64,000 bases of DNA from Elusimicrobiota bacterium (GCA_044221725.1 JBGAON010000001.1:32001-96000), one strand, 5' to 3'. Numbered from the stretch's first letter, positions 38,890 to 47,888 are shown. The notes: generated by a model from the sequence alone, not told the origin. A program made the numbers and translations.

Positions 38890-40433
38890 TTCAGCAGAAA
38901 AATGCCGTTAAAAACGGGTTGCAGATCTTGTTTATTAAGATTGAGTTCCTGATAAAAAGGACATTCCTCAGAAAAATAATTTAAATCCGAGTCGACGAAC
39001 CAGACGGTACCACGATTTCTCGTGGCCTGCTGTTTCAGTTCGAATAGCTTTGCCTTATCTATAGTGGCCACACCGCGCTGGTCCTTCGCGACAGCAAAAA
39101 TGGGAATCTGCCCTTTGGCACTTTCGATGTGAAATGTTGGTGGGAGATAGAACATGTTGAAACCATGCGAAATTGTGATGCCGGGAAGCTGCAGAAATGC
39201 GAATCGATCCAAATCGTACACGTAAGTGGCCGCGGTGTTGGGATTGCTGAAAACGATGGTGTCGTTGGCGCGCATGCTTTTTGAAAGAAAGTTCAAATTG
39301 GCGTAGAGACTTTCCGTCGCATCTTTTTTTGCTGCCAAATAGCGGCTTAAGGAACCGTGGGCCCCGAGCAGTGTCGCACACGTTACCACCGACATGAGCG
39401 AGAGGAATGCCCCCTCTTTTAGCGGAACTCTTTTCACGATACGAGCGATCAGTTCGGTTGCACCGAACGCCACAAAACCGAGGTACAGCGGCAGAATTGG
39501 AATCGCAAACCGCGGATACAACGGCATGTGGGCGCTATAAAGAAAAAGAAACAACGCGCCGAGCACCGCCGCGATCAAGCCGCTCCCGTACAATGCAACA
39601 TTCTTCATCGCCGAATTTTTCGTAGCGAATAAAAAGCCAACTCCTGCGAGCAAACTGTACGACACCACAACGACGGGGTTGAATTGATTAAAGCGCCAAA
39701 CAAAGTGCTGAATGGCCAAACCGCCGATCGTTTCTTTTTTGGCGAAGGCGAACGTGCCATTTGAAATGAGCTCATGTCCCATAAGGGCCCAGTGAGCGAT
39801 GGGAATCACGAGCGGTAGAGCCATGAGCACCCGTGTCTTTCGCGACAGTTGGTGCCTTGCGCAGAAGATATCGATGCCACTTTTAATCGCCGAGAACGGA
39901 TAAATCAATTGGAACGCACACGTGGATCCGAGATACCCGCGCAGCGAGGCGCCGCGGCGCAGCAAAAGAAAAAAAGAAAATGTCGATAAGAGCGCCAAAA
40001 AAACCATCAACGAATACGGTCGAAACGTTTGCGCATATTCGATGTGCAACGTCGACACGGCCATCAACCAGGCCCACAACCATGCCAGCGGTCGTCCCGA
40101 GATTGTTCGTCCAAAGATGTAGGTCAAAGCGACCGCGAGCAGGCTCCAAAAAATCGGTACGAATCGTAAGAGATAAATCGAGGTCGTGATCTTCGTTGCG
40201 GCGGACCCAACCACATAATCCAATAAGTATTGTTGCGGGCCGGTCGCGTGAATGGCGGCGAAAAAGTCGTGCAAGTTTGTGCGGGACGCCGTGTAGATTT
40301 GAAACAGCTCATCGATATCGGCGTAAATGATCTTTAGCGAAAAAATCCGCAGTCCGGCCGCGACCAGCAGAAGAAGCGTGCCGTTAACCACGTCAACGGT
40401 GTAATTTCGTTTCATCGACGAAAAGGTCGGCAA
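38886..40433 (-). CDS. GT-C fold membrane glycosyltransferase (GT39/ArnT-like)
   Basis: YADIDE, HIEYAQTFRPYSL and many TM segments. Confidence 0.7.
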   Translation of the reverse strand: MPTFSSMKRNYTVDVVNGTLLLLVAAGLRIFSLKIIYADIDELFQIYTASRTNLHDFFAAIHATGPQQYLLDYVVGSAATKITTSIYLLRFVPIFWSLLAVALTYIFGRTISGRPLAWLWAWLMAVSTLHIEYAQTFRPYSLMVFLALLSTFSFFLLLRRGASLRGYLGSTCAFQLIYPFSAIKSGIDIFCARHQLSRKTRVLMALPLVIPIAHWALMGHELISNGTFAFAKKETIGGLAIQHFVWRFNQFNPVVVVSYSLLAGVGFLFATKNSAMKNVALYGSGLIAAVLGALFLFLYSAHMPLYPRFAIPILPLYLGFVAFGATELIARIVKRVPLKEGAFLSLMSVVTCATLLGAHGSLSRYLAAKKDATESLYANLNFLSKSMRANDTIVFSNPNTAATYVYDLDRFAFLQLPGITISHGFNMFYLPPTFHIESAKGQIPIFAVAKDQRGVATIDKAKLFELKQQATRNRGTVWFVDSDLNYFSEECPFYQELNLNKQDLQPVFNGIFLLK

Positions 40434-41550
40434 TGCTTGGGGTGATCCATTCCGCCGCGAGCTTGAGACCCAGCGAATTAAAATGCAAATACGTTGTCTG
40501 GTACAACGACGGATTTCCGGGATGAAGATACCAATCTCTCACAATCGGATTGAGATCGACAAATGGCACGTTGTTGGTTTTGGCCCAGTCGCCGATCCAT
40601 TCGGCAAAATAATTCCTTTTGAATCCAAGGCTCTCAAGCGATTGGCCCGGCTTCGGCGACGTGGGGACGTTCGGAAATATTTCATTTCCAGGAATATAAA
40701 CAAAAAGCATGGGGACATTGCGATTTGCGAGCAGTGACCGCAGACCATTCAAATGCGCTTCGGTTCGTTGCCACTCGCGCGTCCAGTGTTCGGGTTCGAT
40801 CAAATATCCGGACGAATTTGAACCGACAAGATGGGCGGCGCCGTCCGCCCGTTTCCTTTCGCGCTCAAAGTGTGGCTCGTTGAAGATTTGCTGAGAAACC
40901 GTTTGGCGGCCAAATTTGAACCGGGTGTATACCGTTTCGCAGTAAAGGTACGAGAGAATATTTGAACGCCGAAACCAGGTTGGCATCTTGTTCCACCAAG
41001 CGTCGGCACGGTAATAAGCGTTTTTCAACCGCAACGCAGCATCGTCGTCCATGTCGTTATCGAAAACGCAGATCACGCACGCATCAATGTTGTAGTCGAG
41101 AATTTTGCGAAGCCAGAATTCATAATGCCCGGGGGATCCGCCGCGCACGCCGCAATTCATCACTTGAACGGCTCTGCCCAGTCGTTGCGTGAGATTGCGT
41201 TCAAGCTGTTTGGGAATCGTCTCTTCCTGTTTTTCTCCCATTCCTTCGATAAACGAATCTCCGAAGACGGCCACGCGGAAAACGCCCTCCGGTTTTTTCT
41301 TCGAATAAGGAATGTCTCGAAACCCCAAGCTGTTCGTGCGATATTTTGCTCCGTCGTATTCGAATTCCGCGTTTGGAATGAACTGATGAATCTGGGTCGG
41401 CGACGAAACCACGAACGTTGTGTTGTTGCGCGGCACGGACGGTCGATCGTAAGGTGCAAAACGACCAATCGCAAGATCCGCCACTATCAGAAATGACGAA
41501 AAAAGGCAGACGGTAATCAACGAAAAAGCGACTTGCTTCCGTAAATCCAT
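40393..41550 (-). CDS. SGNH/GDSL hydrolase family protein
   Basis: TNSLGFRD, RVAVFGDSFIEG, NCGVRG, DND and HFNSLG. Confidence 0.85.
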   Translation of the reverse strand: MDLRKQVAFSLITVCLFSSFLIVADLAIGRFAPYDRPSVPRNNTTFVVSSPTQIHQFIPNAEFEYDGAKYRTNSLGFRDIPYSKKKPEGVFRVAVFGDSFIEGMGEKQEETIPKQLERNLTQRLGRAVQVMNCGVRGGSPGHYEFWLRKILDYNIDACVICVFDNDMDDDAALRLKNAYYRADAWWNKMPTWFRRSNILSYLYCETVYTRFKFGRQTVSQQIFNEPHFERERKRADGAAHLVGSNSSGYLIEPEHWTREWQRTEAHLNGLRSLLANRNVPMLFVYIPGNEIFPNVPTSPKPGQSLESLGFKRNYFAEWIGDWAKTNNVPFVDLNPIVRDWYLHPGNPSLYQTTYLHFNSLGLKLAAEWITPSIADLFVDETKLHR

Positions 41551-41606
41551 TGCGATTAAAACTCCTGTTTGGGAATGGGCCGTATCATATGTAAAGTATT
41601 TTTACT

Positions 41607-43262
41607 TTGAATAAAAAATCCGTTCTTCCAGCCATTGCTTTGGTCCTTTTCGCAGCAGGGTCGGCCGTATTGGGTGCGGACGCAGACAAAGATTCCTCTC
41701 TAAAATCCACACTCGAAACAGTGTTTGGCCGCTTCTTGCGGCGTGATCTCACTATCGAAAAATTACGCTGGCGATTCTTGGCCACCTATAAGGCGTCGGA
41801 GGTGAAACTATGGGAATCGCCGGGCGTGCTGATGGCCCAGGCGCCGCGCGCCGCGATGACCGTGTCTTGGAAAACGCTTTTTACGGGACGCCTTCATATT
41901 GGACGAATGCGATTTAAGGATGCGACGGCCACGTTTCGATTCGATCACAACGGGCACTCGAATTTGACCGATATGATCCGCGACCTTGTGACGTTTGCAC
42001 GCGAAAATCGCAAACCCGGCCAACGTCAGAAAGTGGTTTACAACGTGTTTCAAATTGACAATGCGAAGCTCGACATCGTCGATACGTCGACCAACATCAA
42101 ACCGTTTCGAACCCCCTTCGTTATAAATGCGAAGGGCGATATCAATGGGTTGGGGCCCAAAACCAAATTCCCGTTTCATTTGGACGCGGTGCAAACGTCC
42201 ACCGGCTCAGCGATGCACGCAAAAATCTGGGGCACGATGAGCAGCCAGCCTATTATTCACGCTTCGGCGGCGCGGGTTCCGCTCGATGTTATTTCGGATT
42301 ATCTGCCGGTGGTTCGGTGGTTTCAAGGTACCACAGATGCGCGCTTCGATTTTTCAAAAGGCGGTTGCTACCGGTTTTGGAAGGTTACCTTCGCAAACGA
42401 CGCGATTCGGCTCACGTTGCCTTACGCGTTTCCTTTGCTCCGTGTTGACGGATTTTTTCACGCGCACATTCCCTCGCGATTGAAAATTAAACTTGAGGGG
42501 AAGCAAAGTCACGTTGATGTGTTGTTAACCATTCTCGGTTTTCGGTCGAAAAAAGTAGCGCTCGTTGTAAACAGTTCGGATCTTGCGATCGAGGAGTTTA
42601 TTCAGTGGTGTCGCACCGCGATGATTCTCAATAATGCACAGAGCGATGGCAGCGTACCGACGGGCGGATCGGTTCCGTTGCCGGTATGGAAAGTTACCGG
42701 CCAAGCAGACGTTCGGGCGGAACTTAACTCTGTGATGGGGCCGCAGCTAATTCGGCGGGCCGCCGGAAAAATTCAATTTCAAATTCGCGACGGTGTTTTG
42801 TCCGATATGCCGGGCTTCGTGAAAATGATTTCGATGCTCAACCTGTCCTCGTTCCTATCGGCCGCACAGGCGAAACCAGAAGGTTTGGCTTTTGGAACCG
42901 TCAACGGCACCATCGATATCAAAGATGGCGCGGCGCAGACGCGCGGCTTAATTTTTCTCGAAGGGAACACGTTGGATATTGGCGTGATCGGCCGCGTAAA
43001 CTTTGCCAAGCAGGCGATTAACGTGCGGATGTTGGTCGGCATCGTTAGCGTCCCTGAGAACGTGATTGCGAAGATTCCTTTTGTGCGGCGTTTTGGTCCG
43101 AAGCAAGTCGGAGTGATTCCCATTTGGCTTGCGATACAAGGTCCGTTTCGCAAACCCGTTGTTCGCGTTTTATCGCTTAAGACTTTCGACCCGCAGCTGT
43201 GGAAGACATTGCCGCCTGGGCTTCGGATCCCCGAAGAAGAGATAAAGAAAATCTACCAATAA
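41607..43262 (+). CDS. AsmA-like family protein
   Basis: N-terminal anchor, beta-rich body and AsmA-like C-terminus (FGTVNGTIDIKDG...IQGPFRKPVV). Confidence 0.65.
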   Translation: MNKKSVLPAIALVLFAAGSAVLGADADKDSSLKSTLETVFGRFLRRDLTIEKLRWRFLATYKASEVKLWESPGVLMAQAPRAAMTVSWKTLFTGRLHIGRMRFKDATATFRFDHNGHSNLTDMIRDLVTFARENRKPGQRQKVVYNVFQIDNAKLDIVDTSTNIKPFRTPFVINAKGDINGLGPKTKFPFHLDAVQTSTGSAMHAKIWGTMSSQPIIHASAARVPLDVISDYLPVVRWFQGTTDARFDFSKGGCYRFWKVTFANDAIRLTLPYAFPLLRVDGFFHAHIPSRLKIKLEGKQSHVDVLLTILGFRSKKVALVVNSSDLAIEEFIQWCRTAMILNNAQSDGSVPTGGSVPLPVWKVTGQADVRAELNSVMGPQLIRRAAGKIQFQIRDGVLSDMPGFVKMISMLNLSSFLSAAQAKPEGLAFGTVNGTIDIKDGAAQTRGLIFLEGNTLDIGVIGRVNFAKQAINVRMLVGIVSVPENVIAKIPFVRRFGPKQVGVIPIWLAIQGPFRKPVVRVLSLKTFDPQLWKTLPPGLRIPEEEIKKIYQ

Positions 43263-43296
43263 AGAAACCCGCCGACGTTTTCACGCCGACGGGTTC
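43258..43296 (-). terminator. Intrinsic terminator for the 43313-43705 gene
   Basis: Minus strand AACCCGTCGGCG-TGAAAA-CGTCGGCGGGTT (two G-U pairs) then TCTTTATT. Confidence 0.6.
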
Positions 43297-43312
43297 AAGA
43301 AAGATTGGGTGA

Positions 43313-43705
43313 TTATCGGCCGGAACCGCCCGTGGATCCACTTCCCATCGAGCCTGTTCGTGAGCCGCTGTCCGATGATCCGGGGCCGGACGAATTGTCG
43401 TTCGTGTTGCTGTTCGTCGGGTTTGTTCCTGTAGAGGAACCGGAATGATGATTCTTATGATTCTTTTTATGTTTTCGAGAATCTTTTCCCGATGCATTCT
43501 GGTCGACGCTGTTTGGATTTCGGTCTCCCGTTTCTGTTCCCATCGATCCAGTCGAGCCGTTTTGAGAGGGGTCGGACCGTCCCGTCCCACTGTTCATTTT
43601 CGTGTTGTCCGTCGCGTCATTTGCTGAAATTTCTTTAACCTGAAATCCGGTGACGGACATTCCCAAAGCCGATAGCAACACAAGCATCTTTTTTTTCATC
43701 TTCAT
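43313..43705 (-). CDS. Secreted low-complexity Gly/Ser/Thr/Asn-rich protein
   Basis: GGAGG SD, signal peptide, disordered body containing KHKKNHKNHH. Confidence 0.7.
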   Translation of the reverse strand: MKMKKKMLVLLSALGMSVTGFQVKEISANDATDNTKMNSGTGRSDPSQNGSTGSMGTETGDRNPNSVDQNASGKDSRKHKKNHKNHHSGSSTGTNPTNSNTNDNSSGPGSSDSGSRTGSMGSGSTGGSGR

Positions 43706-43786
43706 AATTTTCCTCCGTTTTTATGGTCTGCCGTTATTACGAAGGAATATTTCGTTGGTTCACTTTGTATTTTTGGATTTCACGGC

Positions 43787-44171
43787 GTGTTTAAGTCGAG
43801 AGGAGTTCCATTCTCTAAGAATCCAAAATGGCAACTTAGAACCCAAAAACTTGAGGTACCAAATTGGCACCTCAAGTTCGGGTTATGGAGGGCGGCGTTA
43901 CCTACCTTTTGCCTTTACAGAAAATGGAGTGGCCATGTTGAGCTCCGTTTTAAACAGCGAGCGGGCCATTCACGTGAACATTCAAATTATGCGGGCCTTC
44001 ACCAAAATCCGGGAATGGCTGGCCAATCACCGAGACCTTCAAGAAAAGATCAAAAAACTCGAGCGGAAATTCGACAAGAAGTTCGCGGTGGTTTTCAGAG
44101 CGATTCAGTTGTTACTGGACGGACCACAAAAGCCGGTTCACGTAAGAGGGTTTGTTAAGCGGGGCGACTGA
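43787..44171 (+). pseudogene. N-terminally truncated/degenerate ORF6N-domain (phage antirepressor-type) gene
   Basis: LSREEF...GGRRYLPFAFTENGVAMLSSVLNSERAIHVNIQIMRAF is the second half of ORF6N proteins; the first half and a credible start are missing. Confidence 0.75.
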
Positions 44172-44306
44172 GAATTAACCCCTTGGTGCCTGGGACTACC
44201 GATTGACCTGGTACCGGCCCACTCGCGGGCTCTTCTACTGTTGAGAAGCTCTTCTTTAGAAGGTGCCAACACCCGTTTATTCAAATGCGGAAATCGGGAG
44301 GTACCT

Positions 44307-45250
44307 ATGGAAAAAGGGAGACGGCATGTTGATCCGGAGCAAATGACGTCGGCGGAACGGTTAGATCGAATTGTTGAAATCTTAGTGAAGGCGCGCTCAG
44401 GTTGTATTGGGAAGGGGAGGGAACCACAGTTTTAAATCCTGAATCTTTGCGGTTTGAAATACCGGTGCCCTATAAAGGTCGCGTTCCGTTTGGGGAAAAG
44501 AAAATTGGATTCGAGCGTGAAAAAGTTGAACTGGAGCAGGTGATCATCAAGCGGATCCAAATCAACCCCTTGCGAGTCGAACTCCCCGATTGTTACGGTA
44601 ATCAAAACTCTGGACTAAAAACACAGGCGACCCGTTTTGAATACCGTAAAGATCGCCTGCCCGGCTCCAACGGTGTTAGAAAACAGGCTGGACTAAATGG
44701 TACCTCCGTTTTCTATGACCGTCAAACAACTCTCCGCGGGTCCAACGGTCTTAGAAAACATTCTACGCAAATAAACCCACTTTTCGAAGTCGAAACAGTT
44801 ATAGGCGACCTATTTATGTGGGACGATTCGGTTTTTGGGTGGGCCAACGGAGCAAAAGGGATGCGCCTGATCCTGACTCCAGCAGCGGCCAAAGCTATCC
44901 GGAGCCAGCAGCGGAGATGGCAAGAGCCGAAACCACCCCCGATCCAAATCATGCTTAAACAGGCCCGCCAGCTAAAAATCCGGCTGGAGCAGGACCCTGA
45001 CCTCACCCGTGCCGCGCTGGCCAATGAGGTCGGCATGAACCCGTCTTATCTGACGCGAATCCTCAACCTCCTTAACCTGGCCCCGGAAATCCATAGCTAC
45101 ATTCTCTCGCTCCCACCCAGCCAAACAAAAGGGCCCATTACAGAAAGCCGGATAAAACATTTGGCCCGAATTTCCAACCACGAAGATCAACACCGCGAAT
45201 TCAATCTACTAAAGAATGCGGCCACCAGACGTCCGGTTGTAACGATGTAA
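44307..45250 (+). pseudogene. Frameshifted remnant of a large serine-recombinase-associated gene with C-terminal ParB-like HTH
   Basis: GGAGGT SD and MEKGRRHVDPEQMTSAERLDRIVEILVK; one-base shift near 44391 into ALRLYW...GRVPFG...EQVIIKRI; ends with AALANEVGMNPSYLTRILNLLNLAPEIH; no catalytic domain. Confidence 0.55.
44582..44760 (+). repeat. Three degenerate direct repeats with exact 75-bp periodicity
   Basis: CTCCCCGATTGTTACGGTAATCAAAAC (44582), CTGCCCGGCTCCAACGGTGTTAGAAAACA (44657) and CTCCGCGGGTCCAACGGTCTTAGAAAACA (44732). Confidence 0.75.
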
Positions 45251-45394
45251 TTTTTTACCAATCCAGCTAAACCCAGTGTTCGCTTGAAGCGCCGAACGAC
45301 CCCGGGAGAATAAAAAGTAACAATTATCCAACTCACATTCGTTTACATTTCTCAAACCGATTCGAGTCCAGAAAGACCTTGAACCTTCTCGAAG

Positions 45395-45460
45395 TCGCTG
45401 TACGGTCCCAGTCCTGACGACACGATGGTGCCGAATCAAGGAGGTGGGACCGATGAGCGA
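45395..45460 (+). promoter_or_regulatory. Stem-loop sequestering the SD and start codon of the 45453 sORF
   Basis: TCGCT/AGCGA, CGGTCCCA/TGGGACCG and TCCT/AGGA pairings enclose AAGGAGGT and the ATG. Confidence 0.6.
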
Positions 45461-45599
45461 TTGTTATGCGATTCGCAAAGCATTCCGCAAATGGTGGGCA
45501 AGCAACTACATAGAACTCTTGGATTCCGTGGTGATGTTTTATCTGGGGATTGTGATTTTATTGGCTGTTTGCGCCGTTGTCGAAATTTTCAGAGGATAA
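45453..45599 (+). CDS. 48-aa single-TM small protein (absent from the ORF track)
   Basis: AAGGAGGT SD 7 nt upstream; MSDCYAIRKAFRKWWASNYIELLDSVVMFYLGIVILLAVCAVVEIFRG*. Confidence 0.65.
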   Translation: MSDCYAIRKAFRKWWASNYIELLDSVVMFYLGIVILLAVCAVVEIFRG

Positions 45600-46237
45600 A
45601 CTTTCCACAGCATCTGGATATCTTCCGGATCCACACCTCGTGGGCACCGGCCGCGGATGTATGCTGGCTTGAGCCTAAAACCATTTTCTTTGATTACCGA
45701 TCCATTCAGAATTTTTTTGATGCTTTCATGGCACAGAATCGCCGATTCGCGGTCAATCTCCAACAACCGCGCCGCCAAATTGACCGCGTATCCCAAATAA
45801 TCTGTTTGAGTGGCCGCTTGGCCCGGCCGGCTGGCGACCATTTTCCACACATGGCCGGCGGCGATACGAATCCGGAACGGCCCCGGCGCTGGGAACGCTT
45901 TTTTTGAAATGCCACGAATGCCCACATCCAACTCCACCGCATGTCGCAGAAATTCGGACACTTGGCGTTTGGCACTTCCCTTGCCGATTTCCGTGACACA
46001 CATGAATCCATCGCCCATCAACTTCACAAAGTATCCGTTGCCGTTTCTGAACCGGATAAATTCGTGATAAATTTCAACCATAAACGTCTTGAATTCCTCC
46101 GGGGAATTACTCCCTCGACGAGTCCAGGCTCCGAAATCAGTGATGTCGCCAAACGCGACCAAAACTTTTACCCGTTCTGCTTTTATCTTTGGAGCCCGTT
46201 GCAGAAACTCCAAATCGAGTGGCCTCCGCCCTCTCAT
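45539..46237 (-). CDS. Stand-alone class III adenylate/guanylate cyclase catalytic domain
   Basis: VAFGDITDF, FVKLMGDGFM, RIRIAAG and TDYLGYAVNLAARL; K/D specificity pair suggests ATP; GGAGGT SD. Confidence 0.85.
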   Translation of the reverse strand: MRGRRPLDLEFLQRAPKIKAERVKVLVAFGDITDFGAWTRRGSNSPEEFKTFMVEIYHEFIRFRNGNGYFVKLMGDGFMCVTEIGKGSAKRQVSEFLRHAVELDVGIRGISKKAFPAPGPFRIRIAAGHVWKMVASRPGQAATQTDYLGYAVNLAARLLEIDRESAILCHESIKKILNGSVIKENGFRLKPAYIRGRCPRGVDPEDIQMLWKVYPLKISTTAQTANKITIPR

Positions 46238-46251
46238 TTTTACCTCCAGGA

Positions 46252-46295
46252 AATAAAAAAAGGCGTCGCCTCTGATAAAAAAGAAGCAACGCCTT
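46252..46295 (-). terminator. Terminator-like hairpin in the 5' leader of the cyclase gene
   Basis: Minus strand AAGGCGTTGCTTC...GAGGCGACGCCTT followed by a T-run, immediately before the SD. Confidence 0.6.
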
Positions 46296-46385
46296 GACTC
46301 GACTCAACAGCGATGTTTTTCCCTTACATCACCATTATAAAAAAGATCCGATCATAAATTCATTTCTCCGTCTCATTGTCAGAGA

Positions 46386-47315
46386 TCATGTCGCTGGAGG
46401 AAAATTGTGGGGTCGTGCCGTTTGGGTATTTTGCAAGCGCTGAGAGCGAAGATAGGTAATGTCTTGGAAAATGATTCCTGATCCACGGGATAACCCCGAC
46501 TTATCTCGAATCAAAAATGTGCTGTAACCGATGATGAGAGGCACATTGCCTGATCGTGGCAATTCAATTTCTTCCCGTTGCACGACTTTTCGATTTGTCC
46601 GAGTCCCCTCAAGGATCGCGCAAAGAGCTGGATATTGTGAAAATGCCTCCGCCACTTTTCTAACAATGACCTTCTCTTCCTGCGCCTGGAGAATCCGACA
46701 CGCGGTCGCATTGCATTGAATAATCAAACCCTCTGGATCAACGGAGACAAAACCACCAGTCAAGCTGTTTATCACTCCATCCGTATAGGCCGTCCAATTT
46801 GCCATTTTTTCATACAGTGTGCAGTTTTCAATGGCGGTACCAATCTGGCCGCAAAGATGTTCCAGGAAAAGAAGATCTTGCTCCCGAAAAACACCATCGG
46901 AGCGATTGACCAATTCCACGACGCCAAGAAGCTTATCGTGACGAACGACAGGAACACAAACAATCGAACGCGTCTTTACCCCGGTGATCACATCCACCGC
47001 CCGGTTAAATCGGGGGTCGTTTTGCACATTCTCTAATAGAATCGGCTTCTTATTGGCAGCGACCCATCCAGAAATACCGGATCCGATCTTAAAAGGGATT
47101 TGCTGCAAAAGGTTGATGGGAACTCCCTTGGCTGCCACCGGATAAAGCTCTTGGCTGGCTTCCTTGATGGCGAAAAAAGTTCCTCCCTGCGCCTTTAATA
47201 TGTCACCACACCTATTCAGAACAAACAAATGAAGCATGGGCAGTTCGTGAATATGGTGTAAATCAGACAACGCTTCCAAGAGCGCTCCCATGTGGTAAGT
47301 TCCGAGCGTCGCCAT
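46386..47315 (-). CDS. GAF + PAS domain protein without output domain
   Basis: GISGWVA...DPRFNRAVDVITGVKTRSIVCVP...AIEN (GAF); SLTGGFVSVDPEGLIIQCNATA...IFQDIT (PAS), then a short tail. Confidence 0.85.
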   Translation of the reverse strand: MATLGTYHMGALLEALSDLHHIHELPMLHLFVLNRCGDILKAQGGTFFAIKEASQELYPVAAKGVPINLLQQIPFKIGSGISGWVAANKKPILLENVQNDPRFNRAVDVITGVKTRSIVCVPVVRHDKLLGVVELVNRSDGVFREQDLLFLEHLCGQIGTAIENCTLYEKMANWTAYTDGVINSLTGGFVSVDPEGLIIQCNATACRILQAQEEKVIVRKVAEAFSQYPALCAILEGTRTNRKVVQREEIELPRSGNVPLIIGYSTFLIRDKSGLSRGSGIIFQDITYLRSQRLQNTQTARPHNFPPAT

Positions 47316-47342
47316 TACAGATTCATCCGATGATAAGGGATA

Positions 47343-47876
47343 TCAGATCTCAATATATCTAGAAATCGTTGCAGTGGTCGCCCCATTTTTTTCAACATAT
47401 TTTCTCCAGACATTTAATTCGATGTGGAGAAACTGGCAAGTCTTTGACGGAGGGAGAAACATTATTGAGAGGACATCGTTGAGTGCCCGCTGGGTTACTC
47501 CATTCTTAGATAAATATAAGACACCATTTTCCTCAAAACAGACAATGGATGAACCGTTCTTCGACTTAAAACCGATCTGCGCATATGGCACACCCTCTGG
47601 ATTCCGCATGATCTCAATAGACTTAGAGTTAGTTTGACCGAGGTACGCGACCAGTTCATCAAGAACTTCGCGGGCCATAAACTCTGGATCATCAAGACCC
47701 TCCGCATGCACCTCTGCTGCAAACTTCGCGCAACAATAAAAATGACCGACCGTGCCCACGGCAAGGCATACGGTGAGCATCCTTAATTGCTTTCTCCAGA
47801 ATCCCTTTCTAATCCCCCAAATTTTCATGTTAAAGGCTAAAAAAGTTACGTTGATCGATTTGAGAAATTGGAGCAA
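47343..47876 (-). CDS. Hypothetical membrane-anchored protein in the pilin cluster (start uncertain)
   Basis: Co-oriented between pilX-like and GAF-PAS genes; one hydrophobic segment. Confidence 0.5.
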   Translation of the reverse strand: MLQFLKSINVTFLAFNMKIWGIRKGFWRKQLRMLTVCLAVGTVGHFYCCAKFAAEVHAEGLDDPEFMAREVLDELVAYLGQTNSKSIEIMRNPEGVPYAQIGFKSKNGSSIVCFEENGVLYLSKNGVTQRALNDVLSIMFLPPSKTCQFLHIELNVWRKYVEKNGATTATISRYIEI

Positions 47877-47888
47877 AATCTCTGTAGT

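Noticed and set aside
44184..44260. tRNA gene on the minus strand
   Set aside because: Only the first ~13 nt resemble a tRNA 3' end; there is no T-loop (GTTCGA) or cloverleaf
44582..44760. Mini CRISPR array (repeats ending AAAAC, regular period)
   Set aside because: The would-be spacers resemble each other (CTGGACTAAA, CCGTTTT, ACCGT), the repeats are degenerate, the frame is open and no cas genes are present; this fits tandem duplication or att scars better
45414..45437. Hammerhead ribozyme core (CTGACGA...GAA)
   Set aside because: Stem II does not close properly, GAAA is replaced by GAAT, and stems I/III cannot be built
45539..46237. Pycsar/CBASS-type anti-phage cyclase
   Set aside because: Specificity residues look adenylate-type (VKLMGD, TDYLG) and there is no co-oriented TM or TIR effector; the small TM ORF is on the opposite strand. 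Not strictly excluded without HMMs
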